DNA of 64,000 bases, from assembly GCF_963921235.1 (NCBI RefSeq), contig NC_086100.1, forward strand, positions 200,882,001 to 200,946,000, read 5' to 3'. The position numbers were made by a program, and so were the translations under genes. This DNA comes from Mobula hypostoma. Lineage: Eukaryota. The notes beneath the pieces are model-generated. The model had not been told where the DNA came from, searched no databases, and worked only from the letters and a program-made list of their open reading frames with translations. Shown one piece after another: positions 1 through 12,400 of the stretch (its first letter is position 1; every line of letters starts with the position of its first letter).

Positions 1-3000
1 TCCTTTTTAAGAATTAAAGAAATAGAAGCCTCATAGAAAGCAGAAGGTAAATCACCTTTCACAAAAGAATCCTTAAATATTTCCAACATGTACGGAGAAA
101 GCAATTTTACAAATTTTTTATAAAATTCTACAGGATAGCCATCAAGTCCAGGGGCCTTACCAGATTGCATTGAAATAATAGCTTTATGAATTTCGGCTTC
201 AGTAATTTGGGCATCAAGAGTTTTGTGATTCTCAACAGAAATTTTAGAAAAAGCAATCTTTCTACTGGACATTGCGATTTATAAAGTTCTGTATAAAAAT
301 CTTGAAAAATCTTATTAATTTCTTCATATTCCCAAGCCAGGGTACCATCTTTCCTACGGATTTTCAAAATTTGCCTTTTGGCTGCAGCCATTTTTAATTG
401 AGATGCAAGTAGTTTATTATTTTTATCTCCAAACATATAAAATTGGCTCTTTAACTTAAGCAAATAGCCTTCAATAGGATGAGTTAATAATAGGTTATAT
501 TGTAATTGAAGTTCCACCCTTTGTTTAAATAAATCAATATTAAGGGAAATTGCATAAATATTAGCTAAGTCTTTAATTTGTTTTGAAATCTTATCCAATT
601 CTACTTTAGTCTGTTTTTTAAGCTTAGCTGAATAAGAACTGATCTAACCACGTAAAAATGCTTTAAATGTATCCCATATAATTAATTTGGACATTAAAAA
701 GAAAAAATTCTTTTGTCTGGGTTTCAATGAAACTGACAAAGTCAGCGAGTTTCACAATAATGTCTGAGACAGGCGCCAAGGTGAACGGGCAAGAATGACA
801 TCATCAAATTCAAAAGACAAACCCAGAGGCGCATGACCAGATATAGCAATAGTGTCATATTCACAATTTTTTAACACTAGGCAAGAAGCGAGGATAGATT
901 AGAATATAATCGATCCTCAAATATTTTTTATAAACATGTGAAAAGAAAAAATATTCTCTGTTATCAGGGTGTAGATATCTCCATAATTCAATCAATCCGA
1001 AATCAGTCAAAAATGAGTTAATAAGTGACGCAGAGTGATTTGGAAGTCGCTGATTGGTTGAGCTCTTGTCAATCAAAGGATTTAAACAACAGTTAAAATC
1101 CCCACCCATTATCAACATATATTCATTTAAATCAGGCAGTAAAGCAAATACCTTTTTAAAAAAAGAAAAATCATCTAAATTAGGACTGTACAAATTGACC
1201 AAAACAACTTTTCTGTTACTGATCACTCCTTTAACAATTAAAAATCTACCATTAAAATCTGACTCAGTATCCTCTTGAGTAAATATATTGGATTTAATAA
1301 AGATGGACACGCCCGTAGTTTTACTCGGAGAAGTGGAGCGAAACTGCAAACCCCTCCACCATCCAAAAAATCTATTTTGGTCTCCTGCCCTGATATGTGT
1401 CTCTTGAGCAAAAATTATATCAGGTTGGAATCGGTTAATGATTTTAAAAGTCTTTTTTCGTTTGATAGGATGATTCCAACCACGTACATTCCAACTTATT
1501 ACATTAATTGGTTTAAATACCATACTATAATTTTATTCTACTTTACACATGCGCAGAGCACGTACCAGTACAGGATGATCAAAAATGGCGGCAATGAAGA
1601 ATACAACCACATAGAAAACACGCATGCTCCGAAACCACCCAATGGGAAAAAATTCCTAACTCTAACCCCACCCTCCACCCCCCAAAGCCCGAAAAAAAAG
1701 CAGACACCCTATGATAGAATACGAAGCCAGAGACTGCACTGTCTGTACAGAAGAAATTTTTAAAAGATTCTCCCTCCCTCCCCCAGTTAAAAAAAAACGA
1801 CTGACCTTGTAAGAGGAACGATAAAGTCTCAACAAAGGAAAGTTTGCATTCCAGCATCTACAAGCTATCCCATATTTATATTTAATCTTTTTTTAAACAA
1901 GAAAGAACCAAAATAATGTTACCTCTTATGAAGAAAAACCAGTGCCATTTTTAAATTTAGCATTAAATCCCTAAAAAAAACTTTAAATTCTGTTATAAGA
2001 CGCTATAATAAAGCAGAAAAAAGTTAATAGCAACTAAATTTTCAAAAAATACCAATTAATAATGTCATAAGTAATTGAACCCTCCCCTAAATATATATAA
2101 AAAGAAGCCCCATTAGTAGGAAAAACTACCAATTAATTAATTAAGAAAGAAACAAAACAAGACATCAAACCAGATTATAGGTTAAAGGAACAAGTCCCTT
2201 TACCTTCTTTTTCTCAGTCGAATGTCCAAGTAACTATTTAAACAGTCATACTTGAACCATAGATCTTCTTTCCAAAAAAACCCAATAATATGCAATAATG
2301 AACAAATCTCCTTCTTTTATTAGTCGCTTAATGAAATATCCAAGTAACCTTCATAAATCTTCTTTCTGAAATGCTAATAATATACAGATAACCAAACAAC
2401 CTTTCAGATAGTTCATTTGGTCGCGGCGGCAGGTATAGTTTGAACGAACTCCAGTGCGGCTTTTGGATCAAAAAATGTACAAGGAGGAGAGTTAGGAGGA
2501 AAAGCTTTAATTCTTGTCGGGTAACGCAAAGAAGGAAACAGTTTCTTATCATATGCCTGTTTCATTACCAGAGCAAATCTTGATCTTTGTTCCATTACCT
2601 CCTTCAGATAATCCTCATAAAAACAGAGCTCAGATTCCTTAAATCTATGAATTGAAAATACACTTGGACTAAGATGTTAACTGTCCTGTGCTATCACCAG
2701 TGGGATCATCAGTTATTCTGCCACCTGTCTCCAGGAGTTTCGGCCCGCTTATGATCAAGACTCCTTCGAGGTGGTAGGCCAGCAGTGCTAAAGCACCACC
2801 TCCCACTGGTGAGCTTAAAAACTTGGCATCTGCCTCTATCAGAGTTGTTGGTCACTTCCATCCAACAGATAGTCTACTCTTCAGGTGTCTATGCAACTAC
2901 TGAAGGGTTTGCAAAAGATGTATACGCTGTCTGACTATCTGCCCCTCTGGACATACTTGGTCCACACCCATGCTGATCCTTTCTCTGCTGCCTCAGCTAC

Positions 3001-4400
3001 AGCCCTGCTGGTTGACTTGATCTCTCTTCTAGTGAAGCCAAGGTCACGCAGCCACTTCTGGAAAGTGAACGCAATAAACCCACAGCAACCTACTTGGAAT
3101 GGATAGCATGAGACCCTCCACCCTCTGTCTCTGCACTCTGATCTTAACGCTGCATATTTGGTTAACTTGCGCTCATGGGCTTCATCGATGTTGTCTTCCC
3201 AGGGGACTGTGAGTTCACCAATAACCACTTCTCTACTGGTGTCAGACCATACGATTATATCTGGACACAATGCTGTGAAAGCTATTTGCTCTGGGAAACT
3301 GCCTTGCCCATCCAGATCGGCTTTGACACACCAATCATTGGCTGAAGAAAGTATGCTTGATCGTGGGCTTGCCCTGTACACCCTTGACTTGGAGCCTTCT
3401 TTCACAAATGATTTGCAATGTTCTGTGCAGCATGGGGCATGAGATAAGTTGTGCTGCAGTACTCTCTGCTCAACCGCTTCTGTTACAACTTTGAGAACGT
3501 TGTTATGTCTCCAAGTGTACATGCCACTGGAAAGATTGACTCTGCGTGCACTCAAAATATGTTGAAGTGTTCCCTTCTCGCCACAAGCAGCACACCTGTC
3601 TGTCTTACCTTCAACATAAGACAGGTACTGAGGTTGGCAGGTGTTGGGAGCAGATCGTACGTTTTCTTGAAACTTTCTAAAAAGAGAGTTTTCTAAAAAC
3701 TCTCTGTTTTCTTGCCTGTCGCATTATTTGATCTTTAGTTTTAAAGTGATGAAAACAAACCAAAACAGACCTTGGTTTATTTGGATCTTTAAATTTCGAA
3801 GTAAAAGCTCTGTGTTGTTTCTATAGCAGGCAGCTGTGATAATATGGTAGGAAATAAGGTATCAAAAAGCTTACCAAAGTAAGTAGTTAAATCTCCATCT
3901 TCAGCTCCTTCTTGCAGCCCAACAATTTGTATATTCCTTTGGCGAGACCTAGTTTCCAGGTCTATAATCTCATTTTGATATCTTTCCAAATGAGTTGTAG
4001 CTTCAAACAATTTTTGCTTAGTTATCTTCAATTCCTGTTTGTGTGTAAAAACTTGAGTTTCCAAGTCTTTAAGTTTTCCCAGAAATGACTTCATTTCATT
4101 ACTATTCTTTTCCAGTTGGTCTTTAATTGACCCATTCTGATCTCTAATTGAATTCAGTGTCGGAATGATATCTTCAGCCCATGGTGGCATTTCATCAGAT
4201 CTTTCCTTTTGCATCTTTCCTTTCCCATTATTTTTGTCACTAGGTTCAGACAAGTTCTTCCCATTCCTCGTAGACATATTGTTCCCCCTCAAGAATCAGC
4301 AAATAAAAAGTTTAAATTTGAAATTTAAGTTAGTGGGGGAGAAACAAAACTAAGAGCAGCACAAAACTGCTGCTACTCCATTTACAGACCGGCACAGTCT
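1..4400 (-). mobile_element. Degenerate L1-clade LINE (ORF1 + APE endonuclease/start of ORF2), runs off the window start
   Basis: ORF1 pieces 3789-4292 (IDLETRSRQRNIQIVGLQEG) and 2413-2595. APE 861-1523 (SWNVRG, QETH, GGDFN, RIDY). Frameshifted ORF2 continues to base 1. Confidence 0.85.
2650..3690 (-). mobile_element. 3' fragment of HERO/NeSL-type RLE non-LTR retrotransposon nested in L1 ORF1
   Basis: Zn knuckle CAACGEKGTLQHILSA, YTWRHNNVL, PDIIVW...ELTVPWE...KLTKY restriction-like endonuclease motifs (2935-3555). Confidence 0.8.
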
Positions 4401-4598
4401 CCCTTCTATGCTCCAAAGAACGAAGCCCCAACCTGCAAAACCTCTCTCCATGACTTAGTCCTTCAAGTCCCTGTAGCATTCTCATAAACTTTTTTGTCAG
4501 TATTTTCAACTTAGTGGCATCTTTCCTGTAACAGATTGGCTAAAACTAACCACAACACTCCAAATGAGGTCTCACCAACATCTTATACAACTGTAATG

Positions 4599-5965
4599 TG
4601 TTACGTACCCCGTAACGGGTTAAAGAACCAGCAGAAATGGAAAACAGCTGGAGTCTGGTATTGCTGTTATCTAAAGCTATTTTATTAGTAACTACGCAAT
4701 ACAGTAGTATAAAACCAGATAAATCAAACAGGTTAACAGTGTTACGTGTATATGTGTGTGCAAATATAACTCCCAAACTATTGAGCTTGGGGGAAACGAG
4801 GTTTAGGGTCTTGAGATGGTAACGTATGAAAGTTCAATTCATCCACAGAATAGGTGATGGGAGAAAGAGATATTTGTAATCCAGAGTAAATGTCGAAAGA
4901 AGGCAATTACGTTGATATTCCACAGATTCCACGACAGCAATACAAGATAACAATAGTAGTAGGTTTTATCTCAGAAGTTGTTCCACTCCACATACGAAAT
5001 ACCACCGACAGTGAATATCCTTTCAACACAAGTGGTACCATACCCGAATTCAGCTACGGGTCATTCTAAAGTGGTGGCCACAGGATACTCCAACAGAATC
5101 CACGTATGGATTATCACCAACAGTAGCTTATCACTGAGGTACTGTCCTCAAGTTGTAAAACTACCAACCCAGGCATGGATTATCACACACAGGTAGTTTC
5201 AACACAAGGTTACCCCAGACACACAACGTGATAGCCATTTATCCAGTTCCACGACATACGAAATAACTCCAACAGTGATTTGCCACAGGGGTGACTTTCT
5301 TCAGCGAACTACCACACCCAAACAAGGGTAACACACAAGTGGTATTCACAAAGGTACTCCCCTCACCAGAGAACCCACTCCTGTTGATTAACTACGTGAC
5401 AGTCACACTTTCATATTCGAATAGAACTCAAACTCACCCTTAACGGGCTACATAGAGAGTCCAAACAGTGACCTCTTTGTCACTAGGTTTATTCTGTTTC
5501 AAACCTATCTCTCCTCGCTTCCCTTCCTTTAAACTTATTCTAGTTGCAGAAAACTTGTGAGAGTCATTTATCAATACTCAGGATCGATCTCAACTTACCC
5601 CTTTTGGGCTACTGAAAGTTTAAACCAGGACCTCACTCACTGGTGTCTTCCATTGATCGAATCCGCCTTGACTCTGAGCATGTGTTTCTCTGTGTCTGTA
5701 ACGGTCCTTGTAAAAAGTAAACACGCTGCAGAGAAACCATAACATCGATTGTCCATCAAATAACTCCAGCTCTCTCTCTCTCTCTTTCTATGGCAACCCA
5801 GAAACTGACAGCAGTAGTCAGTGTCCTTGTAAAAGTGTAAACACGAGCTGAAAGACAGACTCCGCCCCTCTCTCTCTCAGCATAAATCCAAAAGCTAGTC
5901 TCAGTTCCCTCCTGTGCCCCAAAGTGACAGTCCACAGCAAAAAGGAACCCCTGGGGTACATAACA
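4599..5965 (-). mobile_element. Solo LTR (Gypsy-like) inserted in a CR1 fragment
   Basis: Termini TGTTACGTACCCC...GGGGTACATAACA (inverted), 4-bp TSD AATG (4595-4598, 5966-5969), no coding content. Strand inferred from AATAAA at 4681-4686. Confidence 0.8.
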
Positions 5966-6402
5966 AATGTAATGTACCAACCCTGTTCTCTTCATCACTG
6001 TCCTAGCCTCATTTGTCTTCCAAAAATGCAAGACGTCACCTCGCACTTCTCAGAATTAAATTGCATTTGCCATACTTTAGCCCACTTACTCAGATTAAGA
6101 TTCCCCTGTAATTTCAGTGTGAGATTTATTTATCACATGTATAATGAAATATGTTGTTTATGTTATCAACCAAAATAAATGAAGACATGCTGTGGGTACC
6201 CGCAATGTTTGCCATACATTTCAGCAGTGACACAGCACATCCACGATGTTCAGCAAAATCAGCCCCACTCAGACAGTCCTCCAACTCCAGGGCAGCCTCC
6301 AGCCACCGGCTTTGTTATAACATTGCGTTAGTTATTGGGGTTTCTCCATGTACCCTCCCTCTCAGCTTCTTTGTCCCTCTGATGCCTCCCTCGTTGTTCC
6401 AG

Positions 6403-6463
6403 GGAAGATACACACACCAATGGAATACAAGGGGGAGCTTTCGTCCTACGAGATGAAGCTGAG
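6403..6463 (+). CDS. IDH3B: IDH3B exon ([21 protein letters not shown])
   Basis: ttccag|GG...CTGAG|gtaggt, 61 nt. Confidence 0.93.
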
Positions 6464-9400
6464 GTAGGTGTTGGGAGTGGGATGTGAGGCTGTGTCTGAG
6501 TGAGAGACTGGTGGTGAGGAGGGGGGCTGGAGGGGGTGAGGAGTGGGGATGTGAGGCTGTGTCTGAGTGAGAGACTGGTAGTGAGGAGGGGGGCTGGAGG
6601 GGGTGAGGAGAGTGGGGATGTGAGGCTGTGTCAGTGAGAGACTGGTGGGGGGGGTTGGAGGGGGTGAGGAGTGGGGATGTGAGGCTGTGTCGGAGTGAGA
6701 GACTGGTGGTAAGGAGGTGAGGAGGGGGGATGTGAGGCTGTGTCTGAGTGAGAGACTGGTGGTGAGGAAGGGGGGTTGGAGGGGGTGAGGAGGGGGATGT
6801 GAGGCTGTCTGAGTGAGAGACTGGTGGTGAGGAGGCGGGATGTGAGGCTGTGTCAGAGTGAGAGACTGGTGGTGAGGAGGGGGGATGTGAGGCTGTGTCA
6901 GAGTGAGAGACTGGTGGTGAGGAAGGGGGGTTGGAGGGGGTGAGGAGGGGGGATGTGAGGCTGTGTCAGAGTGAGAGACTGGTGGTGAGGAGGGGGGGTT
7001 GGAGGGGGTGAGGAGGGGGGATGTGAGGCTGTGTCTGAGTGAGAGACTGGTGGTGAGGAGGGGGGGTTGGAGGGGTAAGGAGGTGGGATCAGCTGAGGAC
7101 GGGGCAGAGCGGAGGGAGGGGGCGATGTGTGTGGTTTTATATGTATCTGTGCGTCTGTTCTGCCGCTGCAAGGTACCCCAGCGTACCGGCCAGGACCGGT
7201 GGGGAGAGGAAGGGTCAGTCTGAGGAGGGGGGAAAGGTCGGGGTCAGGGTGCTGTGAGCTGATTGGCTGGCGGGCTCTGCAGGAAGAAGCTGGACCTCTT
7301 CGCTAACGTGGTGCACGTGAAGAGTTTGCCCGGATTCCCAACACGACACAACAACCTGGACTTAGTTATCATCCGTGAGCAGACTGAGGGCGAGTATAGC
7401 TCGCTGGAGCACCAGGTGAGTGCCCGGCCTCTGACTCCCACCCCTCACTAATCACCCTGATCACCAACCCAACTTCAATCCTTCCCCTGAATGCCCTGAC
7501 CTTGTCCATTAAGTCTGCAACCAGCCCAGACCTGACCATTAATCCCAGATGCCACCTTTGACCCTGGCATTCCCTCTCTCTCCCTCTCACTCTGTCTTGT
7601 ATCAGAGTGTTCAGGGCGTTATTGAGTGTCTGAAGATCATCACCAGGGACAAGTCGCGTCGTATCGCCAAGTTTGCCTTCGACTTCGCCACCAAGAACGG
7701 GCGCCGCAAAGTCACAGCCGTGCACAAAGCCAACATCATGTGAGTGACGCCTCCCAGCCCCTCACCTCCTCCCTGCCCTCAACCTGCACCTCTCTCTCTC
7801 TCACACCACCGCTCCTCACTCACTGTCTCCCCACCCCACCCTTGCCCTCTCCTGTACCCGTCTTCCTCTCTCCCTCACCTGCCCCCTTCTCTGGTTCTCT
7901 GACACTGTGCATGCTGTCCACAGGAAGCTGGCTGACGGTCTGTTTCTGCAGTGCTGTGAGGAAATAGCCCAGCTTTACCCCAACATCCAGTACGAGTCAG
8001 TTATCATTGACAACTGCTGTATGCAGGTAAACCATCTGTCTCATGAATGCCTGTCCAACAACTCTCACCCCCTCACTCCCTGTTACCCTTCCCCATCTGT
8101 GTCCACCAACCCTCACCACCCTGCACCACTGTCGCATGCCGTATGCCCTGTTCCCTGCCCCTTCCCGTCATCCCTTTGTCCTCTCTCACGTACTAACCCT
8201 TGACTCCTTCCGTCCCCCACTGTGTGCCTAACCATCACTTCCCGTCCCATGTCATGTACCGCCTCCCCCCACCCCATCCTCACTGTTAGCCCACTGCCTC
8301 CCTCCACCCCCCACATTGAGTCTCTGCCCCTCTGGCCCACAGCTGGTGTCTGACCCGTACCAGTTCGACGTGTTAGTGATGCCGAATCTCTATGGAAACA
8401 TCATCGACAACCTTGCAGCAGGCCTGGTGGGTGGTGCTGGCGTGGTGCCAGGGGAAAGCTTCAGTTCTGAGTATGCCGTTTTCGAAACGGTAAGAGACAG
8501 ACATCCGGCCTGCCCCCTTCCAGTTGCGTCCTCTACCTCACCCTACCAATTCCTTCTCCGTGTATCCGTCTTCAAAATGGTGAGGGACAGACATCTGTCC
8601 TCATCTGCGCCCCTCATAATTTTATAAACACTCAGCTCCAGTGAGAATAAGCTCAGGCTATTCAATCACTGGCAACACACACGAACACAAAATGCTAGAG
8701 AAATTCAGCACGTCAAGCCAGTCCTGACGAAGGCTGTCAGCCTGAAATGTCAACTGTTTATTCCTCTCCATTGATGCTTCCTGATTTCCTCCAACATTTT
8801 TCTGCGTGTTGCTGAAGATATTCGGCAGAGTCTCTTGTGTTTATGATTTGCTATCCAGTCTCTCCTTACAACATAGAACATAGCTCTATCAACTGCCTAT
8901 CCTTCTTCAGTCTCAGGAGACACTGCTCCTATCTGTATGTGTGTACATGTAAGTATACTTGCATCCTCTGCCTTGTCACCCCAATTCCCGTCCCCCCGTT
9001 TAAACCTTCTAGCAAAACTTACTATAAGGATATTGGTCCCCCTGGGTTCAGGCATAACTCAACCTTTTTGTACTTAAAAGTATTTGGATGGGCAAGGCCT
9101 GGTTAGGGATAGTTAACATGACTTTGTGTGTGGCAAGTCATGTGTAACCAATCTCAAAGGTTCATTTTATTATCAACATACACAGCTAGTAGCAATGAAA
9201 CCAAGAGAGAAAAAGAAAAAGGCAACATGATTATCAACCCCCAGAACCCACCTCCCTGCAAAATAACAAACAAGTAAACAAAGCCGATCAGATCCTTCCT
9301 CCCATTCCCACACAAGAAAAACGAACAAAGCTGATCAGGCGCGTCAACCCCCAAATCCTCCCCCCAACAAAAATAACAAGCAAAAAGGGTCAGGCACATT

Positions 9401-12400
9401 GTATGGAGTTTTCTGAGAAAGGAAATGTTTAAAAGGGACCTGATTTCCATCCCACTGCTCACTCACTCAGATAGGGGTGTGAATACTACTGCTCAGTATA
9501 GGCCTTTCAGCCCATGAGTTTGTGGCAACCTTTTAACTTTAAGCTCAATCTAACTCTCCCCTCCTCCGTAGCCTTCCATTTTTCTATCAGCCGTATGCCT
9601 TTCTAAGTACAGCCCTCCATTCCAGGGAACATGCTGGCGAATCTCTGCTGCACTCCCTCCTGCAGTGTGATTGCACCAAAACCTGTCTTGTTCAGCAGTA
9701 ACGGGACTTCCCAGTCAGTTCCCAGTGCCCTTTCCACCACCTACCTCAAAGTTCAGAGTAAATGTATGATCAAAGTACATGTATCTCACCAAATACAACC
9801 GAGATTCATTCACAGTAAGTACAAGAATCTCAGTGAAAAACTGTGCACAAGATGGACAAGTGTGTAAAATACAACAAATTGTGCAAAAACAACAAGAATA
9901 AATAAATAAATGTGATAAATATCGAGAACATGAGATGAAGAGTCCTTGAAAGTGAGTCCATAGGTTGCAGTGGCGGGGCAAATGAATTTGAGTGAATTTA
10001 TCCCCTCTGTTTCAGGGCCCTGATAGTTGAGGGGTAATAACTTTTCCTGACTCTGGTGGTGTGAGTCCTGAGGCTCCTGTACCACCTGCCTGGCAGCAGT
10101 GAGAAGTGAGCATGTCCTGGGTGCTGGGGGTCCCTGAGTACGGATGCTGCTTTCCTGATGTGCTCGGTGTTGGGGGTGGAATGTCTACCCGCGATGGACC
10201 TGTGGGTACGGGGTTGTGAGCCTACCTGAGGGGAGGTATCCGCCTGTTCGTCCACTAACAAAGTGTCTGGTTTCAGGGAGCTCGCCACCCATTCTCTCAG
10301 GCCATGGGCCGGAACATCGCTAACCCCACCGCCATGTTACTGAGCGCCGCCAACATGCTGAAACACCTGAAGTAAGTGACTCCTCTGGGTACCGACTGCC
10401 GCGTTGGGCTGACCCCGCTGGGTACTGGCTGTAGCCTCAGGGGCACAGTACCTGTACGCACAGGCACACAGTATCAGATAGAATCACCTTTATTATATGT
10501 TGTGAAATTCAGGAGAAAAAAATCATCAATTACACACAAAGTTTCCACAATTAGAACAAAAATAAATCCATTGCAGTGCCAGGTGCTCACAGTGTTGCTG
10601 TACGGAGGTAGTGATTAGGGTTGTGCTGGTTGGTTCAAGAACTGAGTGGTTGAAGTAACTGTTCATGAACCTGGTGGTGTGGGACTTCAGGCTTCTGTAC
10701 CTCCTGCCCGGTGGTAGCTGAGAAGATGCTAGGGATCATTGGATGTTACCTTCTTCGACCCTAAGGCATAGGAGCAGAATTAGGCCATTTGACCCATTGA
10801 GTCATTCCCCCTCACCAGAAACAGGGCAATTTACATTCGTCAGGAAGTGGGAGGAAACAGGAGCACCCATGGGAAACCCGCAAATTAGCCAGAGAAAGTG
10901 GCTTACCTGAGGACTGGGAGAAATTCAGAGTTCAGCAGAGGAGGTCAAAGGGCTTAATTAGGAAGGGGAAAAAAGATTATGAGAGAAAACTGGCGGGGAA
11001 CATAAAAACGGACTGTAAAAGCTTTTATAGATATGTAAAAAGGAAAAGACTGGTAAAGACAAATGTAGGTCCCCTGCAGACAGAAACAGGTGAATTGATT
11101 ATGGGGAGCAAGGACATGGCAGACCAATTGAATAATTACTTTGGTTCTGTCTTCACTAAGGAGGACATAAATAATCTTCCAGAAATAGTAGGGGACAGAG
11201 GGTCCAGTGAGATGGAGGAACTGAGTGAAATACATGTTAGTAGGGAAGTGGTGTTAGGTAAATTGAAGGGATTGAAGGCAGATAAATCCCCAGGGCCAGA
11301 TGGTCTGCATCCTAGAGTGCTTAAGGAAGTAGCCCAAGAAATAGTGGATGCATTAGTGATAATTTTTCAAAACTCGTTAGATTCTGGACTAGTTCCTGAG
11401 GATTGGAGGGTGGCTAATGTAACCCCACTTTTTAAAAAAGGAGGGAGAGAGAAACCGGGGAATTATAGACCTTGAACACCAGGCCGGGTCTTTATGTGCT
11501 GCTGTTGTGACTCCCGTCTCCCCTTCCCCCACCACCACTCCGCAGCCCCGTCTTCCTCAGATCCCACCGTCAGCTCCTGGGCCCTCAGAGGCTCCATCTT
11601 TCTCTCACCCCAACCCTCCCCTCTCCATTGACACCCCCAGCCTCCCCTCTCCCCCCTCTGATCCCAGCTCTCATCCGTGCCGGGTCTTTACCATCCCCTC
11701 CGACCTTCAACTGTCGGAGGCAGAACGCTCTGTTCTCAGTAAGGGCCTCACGTTTGTCCCCCTTCGCCCACACCTCAGCGAGTTCCGTGTTCGCCACGAT
11801 GCGGAACTTTTCTTCCGCCGTCTCCGTCTCCGAGCCTACTTCTTCGGCAAGGACTCTTCCACCCCCACCGATGACCCCTTCTCCCGTCTTCAACCCTCCT
11901 CTTCTCCATGGACACCCCGCTCTGGTCTTCTGCCTGCTCTGGATCTCTTTATTGCTAACTGCCGACGGGACATCAACCGTCTCGACTTCACCGCACCTTG
12001 TCCCCATTCCAACCTCACTCCTTCGGAACGCTCTGCTCTCGACTCCCTCCGCACTAATCCTAACATTATTATTAAACCCGCTGATAAAGGGGGTGCTGTT
12101 GTAGTCTGGCGTACTGACCTCTACCTTGCCGAGGCACAGCGACAACTCGCAGATACCTCCTCTTATTTACCCCTCGATCGTGACCCCACTAAGGAGCACC
12201 AGGCCATTGTCTCCCACACTATCAACGACTTTATCCGCTCAGGGGATCTCCCATCCACTGCTACCAACCTTATAGTTCCCACACCCCGCACTTCCCGTTT
12301 CTACCTCCTACCCAAGATCCACAAACCTGCCTGTCCTGGCCGACCTATTGTCTCAGCTTGCTCCTGCCCCACCGAACTCGTTTCTGCATACCTCGACACT

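Noticed and set aside
6446..7171. 241-aa Pro/His-rich ORF
   Set aside because: It is the translation of the minisatellite antisense to an IDH3B intron
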